A stretch of 62,248 nucleotides of DNA from Clostridia bacterium (GTDB taxonomy: Bacteria > Bacillota > Clostridia > TANB77 > CAG-508). The DNA lies in the NCBI GenBank assembly GCA_017477355.1, contig JAFUWA010000004.1, forward strand, positions 1 through 62,248, read 5' to 3'. The notes under the pieces are model-generated. The model was not told the origin of the DNA. It saw only the letters and a list, made by a program, of their open reading frames with translations, and searched no databases. This document shows, piece after piece, positions 19,495-27,911 of the stretch; position 1 is the stretch's first letter, and each line of letters opens with the position of its first letter. The position numbers and the translations under genes are program-made.

Positions 19495-19519
19495 AGCGCT
19501 GCCTTTATTAGGCAGCGCT
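19495..19519. terminator. GC-rich hairpin, bidirectional terminator
   Basis: agcgctgcc tttatta ggcagcgct. Confidence 0.65.
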
Positions 19520-19527
19520 TGACGTTA

Positions 19528-19683
19528 TCAGATAATGTGGCAGCGTTCCAGAACTTCTTTGAGGCTTTCGCCAGAGAAGGTCCAGGTCGCGGTATCTCCA
19601 TACCAATTGGTGCCAATTACCATGTTCCGGTAATTATTTTCTTCTTTCTTCCAGAATTCACCAACTTCCCAATATCCTCTCAT
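19528..19683 (-). CDS. 51-aa Trp-rich hypothetical protein in a GC-rich cassette (below the track's 60-aa size cut-off)
   Basis: strong SD aaaggagtgact before ATG; MRGYWEVGEFWKKEENNYRNMVIGTNWYGDTATWTFSGESLKEVLERCHII; own promoter TTGATT-17-TATAAT; contains in-frame CGG at 19627-19629. Confidence 0.4.
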   Translation of the reverse strand: MRGYWEVGEFWKKEENNYRNMVIGTNWYGDTATWTFSGESLKEVLERCHII

Positions 19684-19819
19684 AGTCACTCCTTTCTGTT
19701 GGAGACTTACAGATAAGTCTCGACTTTAGTGCACCGATTGAAACTGTGTTTCAATGCAATTTTATTATACCATTGTTTACATAAACAATCAAAAATTTAT
19801 AGAAACAAAAAATTTTACA

Positions 19820-20278
19820 TTATAAGATTTTTCCACATGCAATTTTTGCTCCAGAATTTCCACTTGGCCCGAGTTGTAAAATCATCGGGCATATCATGAA
19901 TGATTACAACTCTTCCAAGAATATCGCTTATTTGAAATTTATTAATTAAAATACTCATATAGGCGTATCCATTGTTCTCAAGTAATGGTGGCAAATCACC
20001 CACATGAAAAGGATGAGGACATTGTGTAGGATTGAGATGTGTTTTTGCGTTTGCAAATTCATCTTCAGTAGTACCAGTACAAGAAGTTCCGTTCATGAAT
20101 ATGAAGACCGAAAAATCTTCCGTTTACAGTCATTATTAGAAGAAGGAAGCCCATAAACTTGTGCAGTTAGAAGAGTACCGTCATCTATCTCTTCAAAAGA
20201 AATTGTTCCATAAATTTGTGGATATCTTTTTCCGCCTTTAATAATTGCTTTGGCAGTTTTTGAATTATTTGAAAACAT
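19820..20278 (-). CDS. sodC: Cu/Zn superoxide dismutase family protein; three +1 sites
   Basis: three track fragments join as ...NNDCK-G-RFFGLHIHE-G-TSCTG...HPFHVGDLPPL...VVIIHDMPDDFTT-G-PSGNSGAKIACGKIL*, matching the SodC pattern HIHE.G.C / HP.H.GDLP / PSGNSG..IACG.I. Confidence 0.75.
19868..19871 (-). other. putative +1 recoding site CGG-G
   Basis: act CGG gcc aag tgg in the current frame; +1 gives GPSGNSGAKIACGKIL*. Confidence 0.6.
20088..20091 (-). other. putative +1 recoding site CGG-A
   Basis: gaa CGG aac; +1 gives GTSCTGTTEDEF. Confidence 0.6.
20119..20122 (-). other. putative +1 recoding site CGG-A
   Basis: aaa CGG aag; +1 gives GRFFGLHIHE. Confidence 0.6.
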
Positions 20279-20435
20279 AATTTTCACCTCTATCAACAAT
20301 ATATTTTTTATTATGGTAGAATGTGTATAAATTAATTTTGAATATTTCATACAAAAAACACAAAGTAGTGATATAATTTCTCAAGATTTAGTAACAAATG
20401 AGTAGGAGATTAATGCTTATAGCAAGGAGGAAATT

Positions 20436-21248
20436 ATGATAGAGATAGTAACAAAAACTTATGGTGCTGAATTGGAAAGTATTCGATTAAATGGAGAAGA
20501 AAAACTTCATGATGGATTAAAAGATTGGAATCGTCATGCGCCAGTCTTGTTTCCAATTGTAGGAAAGTTAAGAAATGGTGAAACAATAATAGAAGACCAA
20601 GTTTATAAAATGGGCCAACATGGGTTTGCAAGAGATATGAATTTTGAAAGGATAGGAGAAAATTCTTATTTATTAAAATATAATGAAGAAACTCTCCAAA
20701 AATTTCCATACAAATTTGAATTTAAGATTTGTTATGAAGCTTTTGAAGATTCAGTAATCACAAAATATGAGATTAAGAATATAGATAATAAATCAATTTG
20801 CTTTGGTCTTGGTGGACATCCAGCATTTTGCTGTGATTATGCAAATGGTGAATTGGAATTTGAACAAGTAGAGGATGAAGTGCAAGTATATCAGTTAGTA
20901 GATGGATTGGTAAAATTAGAGGAAGAGGATAAAACCAAATTTATTATTGAAAATAAAATGAAACTGCATCCCAATATTTTTGATGATGATGCGATTATTC
21001 TTAAAAATTTAAAATCTAATAAAGTGGTTTTAAAAGAAAATAATCAGAAGCTTTTAGAATTTGATTTTACAGATTTTCCAATTTTAGGAATTTGGTCAAA
21101 ACCGGGAGCAAAATTTATATGTATTGAGCCTTGGTTTAATACAGCTGATAAAGTAGACTCAGATGGAAAATATGAGAATAAAGAGAATTTAATTCATTTG
21201 AAACCAGGAGAAATTTTTAAATGTAGCTATAGTGTAAAATTTTATTAA
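20436..21248 (+). CDS. aldose 1-epimerase family protein (LacX-like)
   Basis: PVLFPIVG, QHGFARD, GLGGHPAF, CIEPW motifs. Confidence 0.8.
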   Translation: MIEIVTKTYGAELESIRLNGEEKLHDGLKDWNRHAPVLFPIVGKLRNGETIIEDQVYKMGQHGFARDMNFERIGENSYLLKYNEETLQKFPYKFEFKICYEAFEDSVITKYEIKNIDNKSICFGLGGHPAFCCDYANGELEFEQVEDEVQVYQLVDGLVKLEEEDKTKFIIENKMKLHPNIFDDDAIILKNLKSNKVVLKENNQKLLEFDFTDFPILGIWSKPGAKFICIEPWFNTADKVDSDGKYENKENLIHLKPGEIFKCSYSVKFY

Positions 21249-21400
21249 AAATGAAAGGTACCTAGATAGTTTAAACTTCTAGGTATTTTTTGGTTTAATT
21301 TGCTGGATAATACTTGAAAAATCCGCAAAAATAGTATATGATATAATGCGTAACAAAAACTGATAATTTGAATAAATTGTAGTAAAACTAAAAAGAAGAG

Positions 21401-22186
21401 GTGAAAAGGTTGCAAGTTAAAATTAAAAACTGGGGTATTAACTATGAAGTTCTAGGTGAAGGTGAACCAGTAGTATTTTTGCATGGATGGCTTACCGATT
21501 TAGAATCCATGAGACCGCTTACAACAAATCTCGTAAAGACGCATCAAGTATATCTTGTAGATGTAGTAGGCTTTGGAAAGAGTAGTTTACCAGAAGAACC
21601 ACTAAATTCAGATGATTTCGCAGAATTTTTGAAAGAATTTTTAGAAAAATTGAACATTGAAAACCCAGTTTTAATTGGCCATTCAAACGGTGGAAGAATA
21701 ATTATTAATGCAGTTGGAAAAAATATGGTGGAAGCTAAAAAAATAGTGCTAATTGATAGTGCTGGAATTAAGCCTAAAAGATCTGGGGGATATTATGCAA
21801 AACTTGCTGTATTTAAAACAGGAAAATTATTCTTAAACTTATTACCTAATACAAAAGGAATGAAAGAGTTTAAAGAACGCCTTAGAGGAAAAGTAGGTTC
21901 TAATGACTACAAGCTATCTGCACCAGTTTTGAAGGATACAATGAAAATCATCGTTAATGAAGATGTAAAAGATATTTTACCGAATATAAAAGTTCCAACG
22001 CTTTTGATTTGGGGAGGTATGGATACTGCAACTCCAATTAGTGATGCTAAAATAATGGAGAAATTAATTCCAAATGCTGGTTTAGTAGAGTACCCATATG
22101 GAACGCATTTTTCTTATTTAGAAAATATAGAAAATTGTAAGTTAGTATTGGATTCATTTTTAAATTCTAAAAATGAGGAAAAATAG
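21401..22186 (+). CDS. alpha/beta-fold hydrolase
   Basis: VVFLHGW, nucleophile elbow GHSNGG, C-terminal GTHF. Confidence 0.8.
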   Translation: MKRLQVKIKNWGINYEVLGEGEPVVFLHGWLTDLESMRPLTTNLVKTHQVYLVDVVGFGKSSLPEEPLNSDDFAEFLKEFLEKLNIENPVLIGHSNGGRIIINAVGKNMVEAKKIVLIDSAGIKPKRSGGYYAKLAVFKTGKLFLNLLPNTKGMKEFKERLRGKVGSNDYKLSAPVLKDTMKIIVNEDVKDILPNIKVPTLLIWGGMDTATPISDAKIMEKLIPNAGLVEYPYGTHFSYLENIENCKLVLDSFLNSKNEEK

Positions 22187-22204
22187 AAGGGAGGCATTTT
22201 AAGA

Positions 22205-23770
22205 ATGCCATATTTAAAAATAAATATTATCTTTGTTTTGTTCTTGGCTTATTTTTTGAGGACTAACAGAAAAGGGCTTCATATGTTGCAATTAGAACAT
22301 TATTACAAAGATAGATATATTAAATGGATGAAGCAAAATATTAGTATAGTATTCGACTTTAAAAAGATTGGGCTGTTACTAATTTCTAGTATTGTGCTAG
22401 CGTTAGGATATGAGACAGCAGGCATTATTTTAACAATGATTACATATGTGTTGTTGTTTCTTACAATTCCTGTTCAAAAAGAAAAAACACGATTTGTAGT
22501 TACTAAGAGAGTAAAAAGACAATTTTTAACTTATTTTGTTTTGATTGTCTTACTTGGAATTTTAGTAAATGTATATCCAGACAAAGTTTCAATGATTGTA
22601 TTGAATATTTTAGCAATGATTAGCTATGTATTTGTTTACATTGTTGCATTAATTACAAGTCCTATTGAAAAAAGTATTAATAATGGTTTCTGTAAAAAAG
22701 CAAGTAATAAATTAAATGAAAATTCTGGTTTAAAAGTAATTGGAGTTACAGGAAGTTTTGGAAAAACAAGTACGAAACACGTAATCAATACAATACTTTC
22801 TCAAAAATATAATTGTTTAATGACACCAGCAAGTTATAATACAACGATGGGAGTTGTTAGAACAATTAATGAACAATTGAAACCAATTCATAATACGTTT
22901 ATTTGTGAGATGGGAGCAAAATATAGAGGGGATATTAAAGAAATTTGTGATATTGTTCATCCTGATTTCGCAGTAATTACAGCAGTTGGTCCTCAACATT
23001 TAGATACCTTTAAAACAGTAGAAAATGTTGCTAAAACCAAATTTGAGTTAGTAGATTCATTAGACAGTGAAAATGGTTTAGCATTTGTTAATTGGGAAGA
23101 CGAGAACATTAGAAAAGTAGAGATTAGTAAAGAGTATGTAAAATATGGATTGCATGAAGATAGTGACTATTATGCAGAAAATATTGAAATAGACGAAAAG
23201 GGTTCAAGTTTTGACGTTGTTATGCCAGGCGACAGAAAAATAAATATTAAAACAAAATTATTAGGAAAATTAAATGTTTTAAATATTGTAGGTGGCGTAG
23301 CAGTAGCAGATAAATTAGGACTTTCAGAAGAACAAATTAAAATGGGAGTCAAATTTATCAAGCCTGTAGAACATAGATTAGAATTACGTCCAAATCCTAA
23401 TGGAAGCGTTATTATTGATGATTCTTATAATTCTAATGAACGTGGAGCAGGGATGGCGTTAGAAGTTTTAGGCTCATTTAAAAATAGAAAAAGAGTTTTA
23501 ATTACACCAGGTATTGTAGAGCTAGGCGATAGATCTTATGAGATCAATAAAAAATTGGGATTCGAAGCAACAAAACATAGTGATTTCATTATTTTAGTTG
23601 GTGAAAAGCAAGCAGGACCTATGCTTGATGGTGTAAAAGAAGCAAAGTATCCAGAAAACCAGATAATGGTGGCTAAAAATTTAGATGAGGCTCTTAAGAA
23701 AATGTATGAGTTAATGGATGCAAATACAGTCGTTCTTTTAGAAAACGACTTACCAGATAATTATCTATAA
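22205..23770 (+). CDS. murF: MurF-like Mur ligase with about 170-aa N-terminal multi-TM extension
   Basis: GVTGSFGKTSTKH P-loop, AVITAVGPQHLD, IIDDSYNSN; N-terminal 170 aa are 4-5 hydrophobic helices instead of the usual soluble N-domain. Confidence 0.7.
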   Translation: MPYLKINIIFVLFLAYFLRTNRKGLHMLQLEHYYKDRYIKWMKQNISIVFDFKKIGLLLISSIVLALGYETAGIILTMITYVLLFLTIPVQKEKTRFVVTKRVKRQFLTYFVLIVLLGILVNVYPDKVSMIVLNILAMISYVFVYIVALITSPIEKSINNGFCKKASNKLNENSGLKVIGVTGSFGKTSTKHVINTILSQKYNCLMTPASYNTTMGVVRTINEQLKPIHNTFICEMGAKYRGDIKEICDIVHPDFAVITAVGPQHLDTFKTVENVAKTKFELVDSLDSENGLAFVNWEDENIRKVEISKEYVKYGLHEDSDYYAENIEIDEKGSSFDVVMPGDRKINIKTKLLGKLNVLNIVGGVAVADKLGLSEEQIKMGVKFIKPVEHRLELRPNPNGSVIIDDSYNSNERGAGMALEVLGSFKNRKRVLITPGIVELGDRSYEINKKLGFEATKHSDFIILVGEKQAGPMLDGVKEAKYPENQIMVAKNLDEALKKMYELMDANTVVLLENDLPDNYL

Positions 23771-23784
23771 AGGAGTGATTTTAA

Positions 23785-25020
23785 ATGATTAAAGTTGGAG
23801 TTTTCTTTGGAGGAAAGTCAGTTGAACATGAAATTTCAATTATCTCAATGATTGAAGCAACTTTGAGATTAGATGAAAATAAATATGAAATTGTACCAAT
23901 ATACATATCTAAACAAGGAGTAATGTATACAGGTGATGATTTATTGGATCTAGAAATGTATAGAGATATGGACGTCTTATTAAAAAGATGTTATCAAGTA
24001 GCAGTAGTAAATACTGGAAAAAGGATTGAAGTAGTAAGGGTTCCAGCCCCAATTATTGGAAAGAAAGTGCTAAATACAATTGATGTTGCATTTCCAATTG
24101 TTCATGGAACAAATGTGGAAGATGGAACAATTGCAGGGTTCTTAAATTTATTAGATATTCCATTTGTAGGACCAGATGTATTAGCTTCTAGTGTTGGAAT
24201 GGATAAAATTGTATTTAAGAAAGTATTGAAAGAATCAGGACTTCCAGTAGTAGATTATGTAAGTTTCTTTACAACAGACTATGTGAAAGATGAAGAAAAG
24301 ATTTTGAAAGAAATTAACGAAAAATTAAAATATCCATTAATTGTAAAACCAGGAAATTTGGGTTCAAGCGTTGGTATTAAAAAGGTTCATAATCAAGCAG
24401 AATTGATTGAGGCAATTAATTTTGCAATGGAGTTTTCAGATAGAATTTTAATTGAAAATTGCGTTAATAAATTAAAAGAAATAAATTGTGCTGTTTTAGG
24501 AGATGTTTCTGAAACTGTTGCAACAGAATGCGAAGAACCATTATTATCTGGAGAAATTTTAAGTTATACAGATAAGTATGTTGGCGATGGAAAAACAAAA
24601 GGTGGAAAAGCAGGAAAATTTGGTCCACGTAAAGGCGGAAAAATGGGAGCTAGAAAAGGTGGCACAGGTGGAGTTAACAATAGTATGGAAGGAAAGAAGC
24701 TTCCGGCAGATATTCCTGCTGAGACAAGAGCAGAAATTCAAGATTTAGCCCAAAAAACATTTAAATTATTAGGGTGTAGTGGAATTTCTAGAATTGACTT
24801 CTTAATTGACGAAGAAACAAATAAAGTCTATGTTAATGAAATTAATACTATTCCAGGAGCACTTTCTTGGTACTTGTTTGAGGCTAGTCACAAGAAATTT
24901 GAAGATGTTTTAGATGAAGCAATTAATATTGCAATTAAGAGACATTCGGCAAGAGAAAAATTAACATTCTCTTATGATCAAAACATTTTAGCATTAACTG
25001 GCGGAGTAAAAAGAAGTTAA
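23785..25020 (+). CDS. ddl: D-alanine--D-alanine ligase (ATP-grasp) with Gly/Lys-rich insertion
   Basis: KVGVFFGGKSVEHEISI, HGTNVEDGTIAGFL, VKPGNLGSSVGI, SRIDFL..., EINTIPG; insert GKTKGGKAGKFGPRKGGKMGARKGGTGG. Confidence 0.88.
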   Translation: MIKVGVFFGGKSVEHEISIISMIEATLRLDENKYEIVPIYISKQGVMYTGDDLLDLEMYRDMDVLLKRCYQVAVVNTGKRIEVVRVPAPIIGKKVLNTIDVAFPIVHGTNVEDGTIAGFLNLLDIPFVGPDVLASSVGMDKIVFKKVLKESGLPVVDYVSFFTTDYVKDEEKILKEINEKLKYPLIVKPGNLGSSVGIKKVHNQAELIEAINFAMEFSDRILIENCVNKLKEINCAVLGDVSETVATECEEPLLSGEILSYTDKYVGDGKTKGGKAGKFGPRKGGKMGARKGGTGGVNNSMEGKKLPADIPAETRAEIQDLAQKTFKLLGCSGISRIDFLIDEETNKVYVNEINTIPGALSWYLFEASHKKFEDVLDEAINIAIKRHSAREKLTFSYDQNILALTGGVKRS

Positions 25021-25156
25021 ATTGTATGTATAAAAATACCTAGGAGATGTAGATCCTAGGTATTTTTGCTTGACTTTCCATCATTTTAAATATAAAATTT
25101 TCATAGAAAACTTATTTTTGGGGGAATATCCTTAAAATGGTAAAAGGAGAATAAAA

Positions 25157-25732
25157 ATGGTGACTTATGAAGAATTATATGAGAGAGTAAAAAATGAGGT
25201 TTCTGAAAAACGATTTAAGCATATTTTAGGAGTAGTAAGCCGAGCTGAGGAATATGCTAAAATTTATGGTGTAGATTTAAAAGATGCAAGATATGCTGCC
25301 ATTTTACATGATGTTGCAAAAGAATATCCAGACGAGACGAGTTATGAGATTTTTGAAAAATATGGATATGAACCAGATGAGGTTGAAAAGAAAAATCATA
25401 ATTTATTGCATGGGAAAGTGGCTGGTTTAATTGCTAAATATGAATATGGTTTGTCAGATGATATTGTAAATGCTATTAGTTATCACACAACAGGAAGAGA
25501 AAATATGTCAATGCTAGAAAAAGTAATTTATTTAGCAGATGCAACAGAGCCTGGACGAGTGTATCCAGATAAATCTAATGAGTTAACAGTGGGACAAACT
25601 GTAAATTTAGTTAAGAAAGATATTGATGAAGGAATGCTATATGTTTTAAAATGGAATTTGGAATCCATTTTAAGAAAAGAATTATATATTCATTTGGATT
25701 CTGTTAAAGCATATAATTTTTATAAAAAATAA
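25157..25732 (+). CDS. yqeK: HD-domain protein YqeK (bis(5'-nucleosyl)-tetraphosphatase family)
   Basis: RFKHILGVVSRAEEYA...AAILHDVAKE...LLHGKVAG...ISYHTTGR...IYLAD. Confidence 0.85.
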   Translation: MVTYEELYERVKNEVSEKRFKHILGVVSRAEEYAKIYGVDLKDARYAAILHDVAKEYPDETSYEIFEKYGYEPDEVEKKNHNLLHGKVAGLIAKYEYGLSDDIVNAISYHTTGRENMSMLEKVIYLADATEPGRVYPDKSNELTVGQTVNLVKKDIDEGMLYVLKWNLESILRKELYIHLDSVKAYNFYKK

Positions 25733-25815
25733 GCGGATTATGTAAAATATCTATTCACAAACCTATAAAATTTTGATATAATGCAAATGAATTAGTATGT
25801 TCGGAGGATGTTTAA

Positions 25816-26704
25816 ATGATATTCAAAGATTATTATAAGATACTAGGATTAGAAACCAACAAAGTATCTTTGAATGATATAAAAATTGCCTACAAAGAGC
25901 AAGCTAAAAAGTACCATCCTGATGTAAATGGTGGTAGTAGGCAATATGAAGAAAGATTTAAAGATATTAATGAGGCTTATAAAATGCTTTCAAATGCAAT
26001 CAGTAAAAGAAGATATGATCGAGTTTGGAATGCAAATGTAGGAAGAAAACAAAGAAATAATGCTTATCAAGCAAATTCCAGAGGCGAAGCAATTTGGAAG
26101 ATGTTTTTTGGAAATATATTTGATAGTAGTAAAAAGAAACAAAGAGTAGTAAAAAATGCAATAAGAGGAGAAAATATTGAAACAGAAATCAATATTTCTT
26201 TAGAAGATGCGTTTTATGGAAATGATAAACAATTGGGACTAAGAACTGTTGATGGAAAAATAAAAACATTTACAATAAGTGTACCACCAGGAATTCAAAA
26301 TAATGAGAGAATTCGATTAGTTGGTCAGCGGAAAACTTGGAAAAGACGGGGGAAGAAATGGTGATCTATTTATTAGAGTGAAAATAGATGACAATGATGA
26401 TTTCAAGTTAGATGGTTTCAATTTAAGAACAAATTTATATTTAACTCCTTGGGAAGCAGCTTTAAGTACAAAAGTTATGGTAAAAACGATAGATGAAGAA
26501 ATATCAGTTTATATTCCATCTGGTATAGAAAGCGGTGAAGAAATTAGATTAGAAAATAAAGGATACAAAGATGGAAAAGGAGGAAGAGGAGATTTAATTT
26601 TGGAAACAAAAATAATGATTCCTAAGAATCCTAGCGAAAAGGAGCTAAACTTATTTAAGCAATTTAAAGAAGAATCGAGATTCAATCCAAGGAATATTGC
26701 TTAA
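25816..26704 (+). CDS. DnaJ-class co-chaperone without zinc finger (CbpA-like); +1 site CGG-A
   Basis: J-domain KDYYKILGL...KKYHPD; C-terminal DnaJ_C; junction RIRLVGQ-G-KLGKDGGRNGDLFIRVKI. Confidence 0.85.
26329..26332 (+). other. putative +1 recoding site CGG-A
   Basis: cag CGG aaa act tgg...tga in zero frame; +1 restores the GDL(F/Y)I motif. Confidence 0.6.
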
Positions 26705-26731
26705 TGAAGTTTACATAAATATCAAAAATCA

Positions 26732-26760
26732 TTGACATAATTGCTTTTTTGAGATATAAT
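26732..26760 (+). promoter_or_regulatory. consensus sigma-A promoter
   Basis: TTGACA, 17 nt, TATAAT ahead of the 26818 gene. Confidence 0.6.
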
Positions 26761-26817
26761 AGAAAAGGTAATTTGCAAATGATGAGTACATTTAAGAATG
26801 TAAGAAGGGGTGTAAAA

Positions 26818-27348
26818 ATGGACGAATTAAATGAAGTTCAGGGAAAGTATTTTAGCATTACTGACCCAAAAGATGTAGATACTGTTATCTACCAAATTAA
26901 CAGAACAGAAAAGGAATTTTTAAAAACTTCGCCTAAATACACAGTAGAAAGACTGGATTGCGCAGTGGAATTTGTAGGGGACAAAACAAAGAAAACATTC
27001 TTTGTAGACAATCCTGCGCCTGAAGGAAATGACTTAGTTATTTTTTCATTTGGAAAAGGAAGAGTAGTGGTTAATAGCGGATTTTTAGATTATAACCAAG
27101 TTAGAATTTCTAAAAAGCCAACACCATTAAATATTAAGACATTATATAGCGAAGAAGAAACAGAATTCAAGGAATTTGCCTATACTCCAAATATGAAGAG
27201 GCAAATCTCTATTATCGATTTAGAAACTACAGAAGAGGTAAAACCAGTATTATACTTTGACGAAGAAGCAAACGAAGTAAAAGGAAAATGTAAATTAAAA
27301 CCTTATAAGAAATATTTTGCATTTGAGGTAAGAGAAAAGAAAAAATAA
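26818..27348 (+). CDS. hypothetical protein (176 aa), first gene of the second T4CP locus
   Basis: ATG after SD aagaaggggtg; no recognisable motif. Confidence 0.5.
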   Translation: MDELNEVQGKYFSITDPKDVDTVIYQINRTEKEFLKTSPKYTVERLDCAVEFVGDKTKKTFFVDNPAPEGNDLVIFSFGKGRVVVNSGFLDYNQVRISKKPTPLNIKTLYSEEETEFKEFAYTPNMKRQISIIDLETTEEVKPVLYFDEEANEVKGKCKLKPYKKYFAFEVREKKK

Positions 27349-27380
27349 TAGAGAGCGATGACGTGAAAGGAGATTAAATC

Positions 27381-27872
27381 ATGAGTGTAGAAACTACTAA
27401 TACTCCAAGTGGAGCTAGTAATAATAAATCATACCTATCATATATAAAGAGTAAACAAATACCAAGAGAAAGTAAAACTGTAGCAACTACAGATATGGCT
27501 GAACGCGATCCAGCAAAAGATCTTGGAGTAGAAGGAGTCGGAGATAATACAATTACAGAGACTTCAAAATTAATAGATGTCAATCTAGGACTAGATCAAT
27601 TAGCACTTGGTGGAGATATAAACCAGGTATTAGCTGAATATGTTTCAATTGGAATGACATTAGTCGGACAACCAATGTTAGATAGTCCAGAAGCTAAAAG
27701 TGCTATAAAGCTTAGTATAGAAGAAGTAAAAAGAGCAATACAAGCAAGGGGAGCTCTTACTTCACAAGCATATATAGAGGCTAAGAGAGCTAAAGCTGAA
27801 AGAGGCGAACAGGAGCCAGAAGTTGAGGACCATGATAAAGACAATAATGGTATTGACGATAGATTAGAATAA
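27381..27872 (+). CDS. hypothetical protein (163 aa), acidic C-terminus
   Basis: SD aaaggag; no recognisable motif. Confidence 0.5.
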   Translation: MSVETTNTPSGASNNKSYLSYIKSKQIPRESKTVATTDMAERDPAKDLGVEGVGDNTITETSKLIDVNLGLDQLALGGDINQVLAEYVSIGMTLVGQPMLDSPEAKSAIKLSIEEVKRAIQARGALTSQAYIEAKRAKAERGEQEPEVEDHDKDNNGIDDRLE

Positions 27873-27911
27873 TTCCTGACGGAAAATATTACATAGGAAA
27901 AGGTGAATGTA

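Noticed and set aside
19519-19716. Track ORF 19519-19716 (+)
   Set aside because: It is antisense to a better-supported small ORF that has a strong SD on the - strand, and it starts inside the terminator hairpin.
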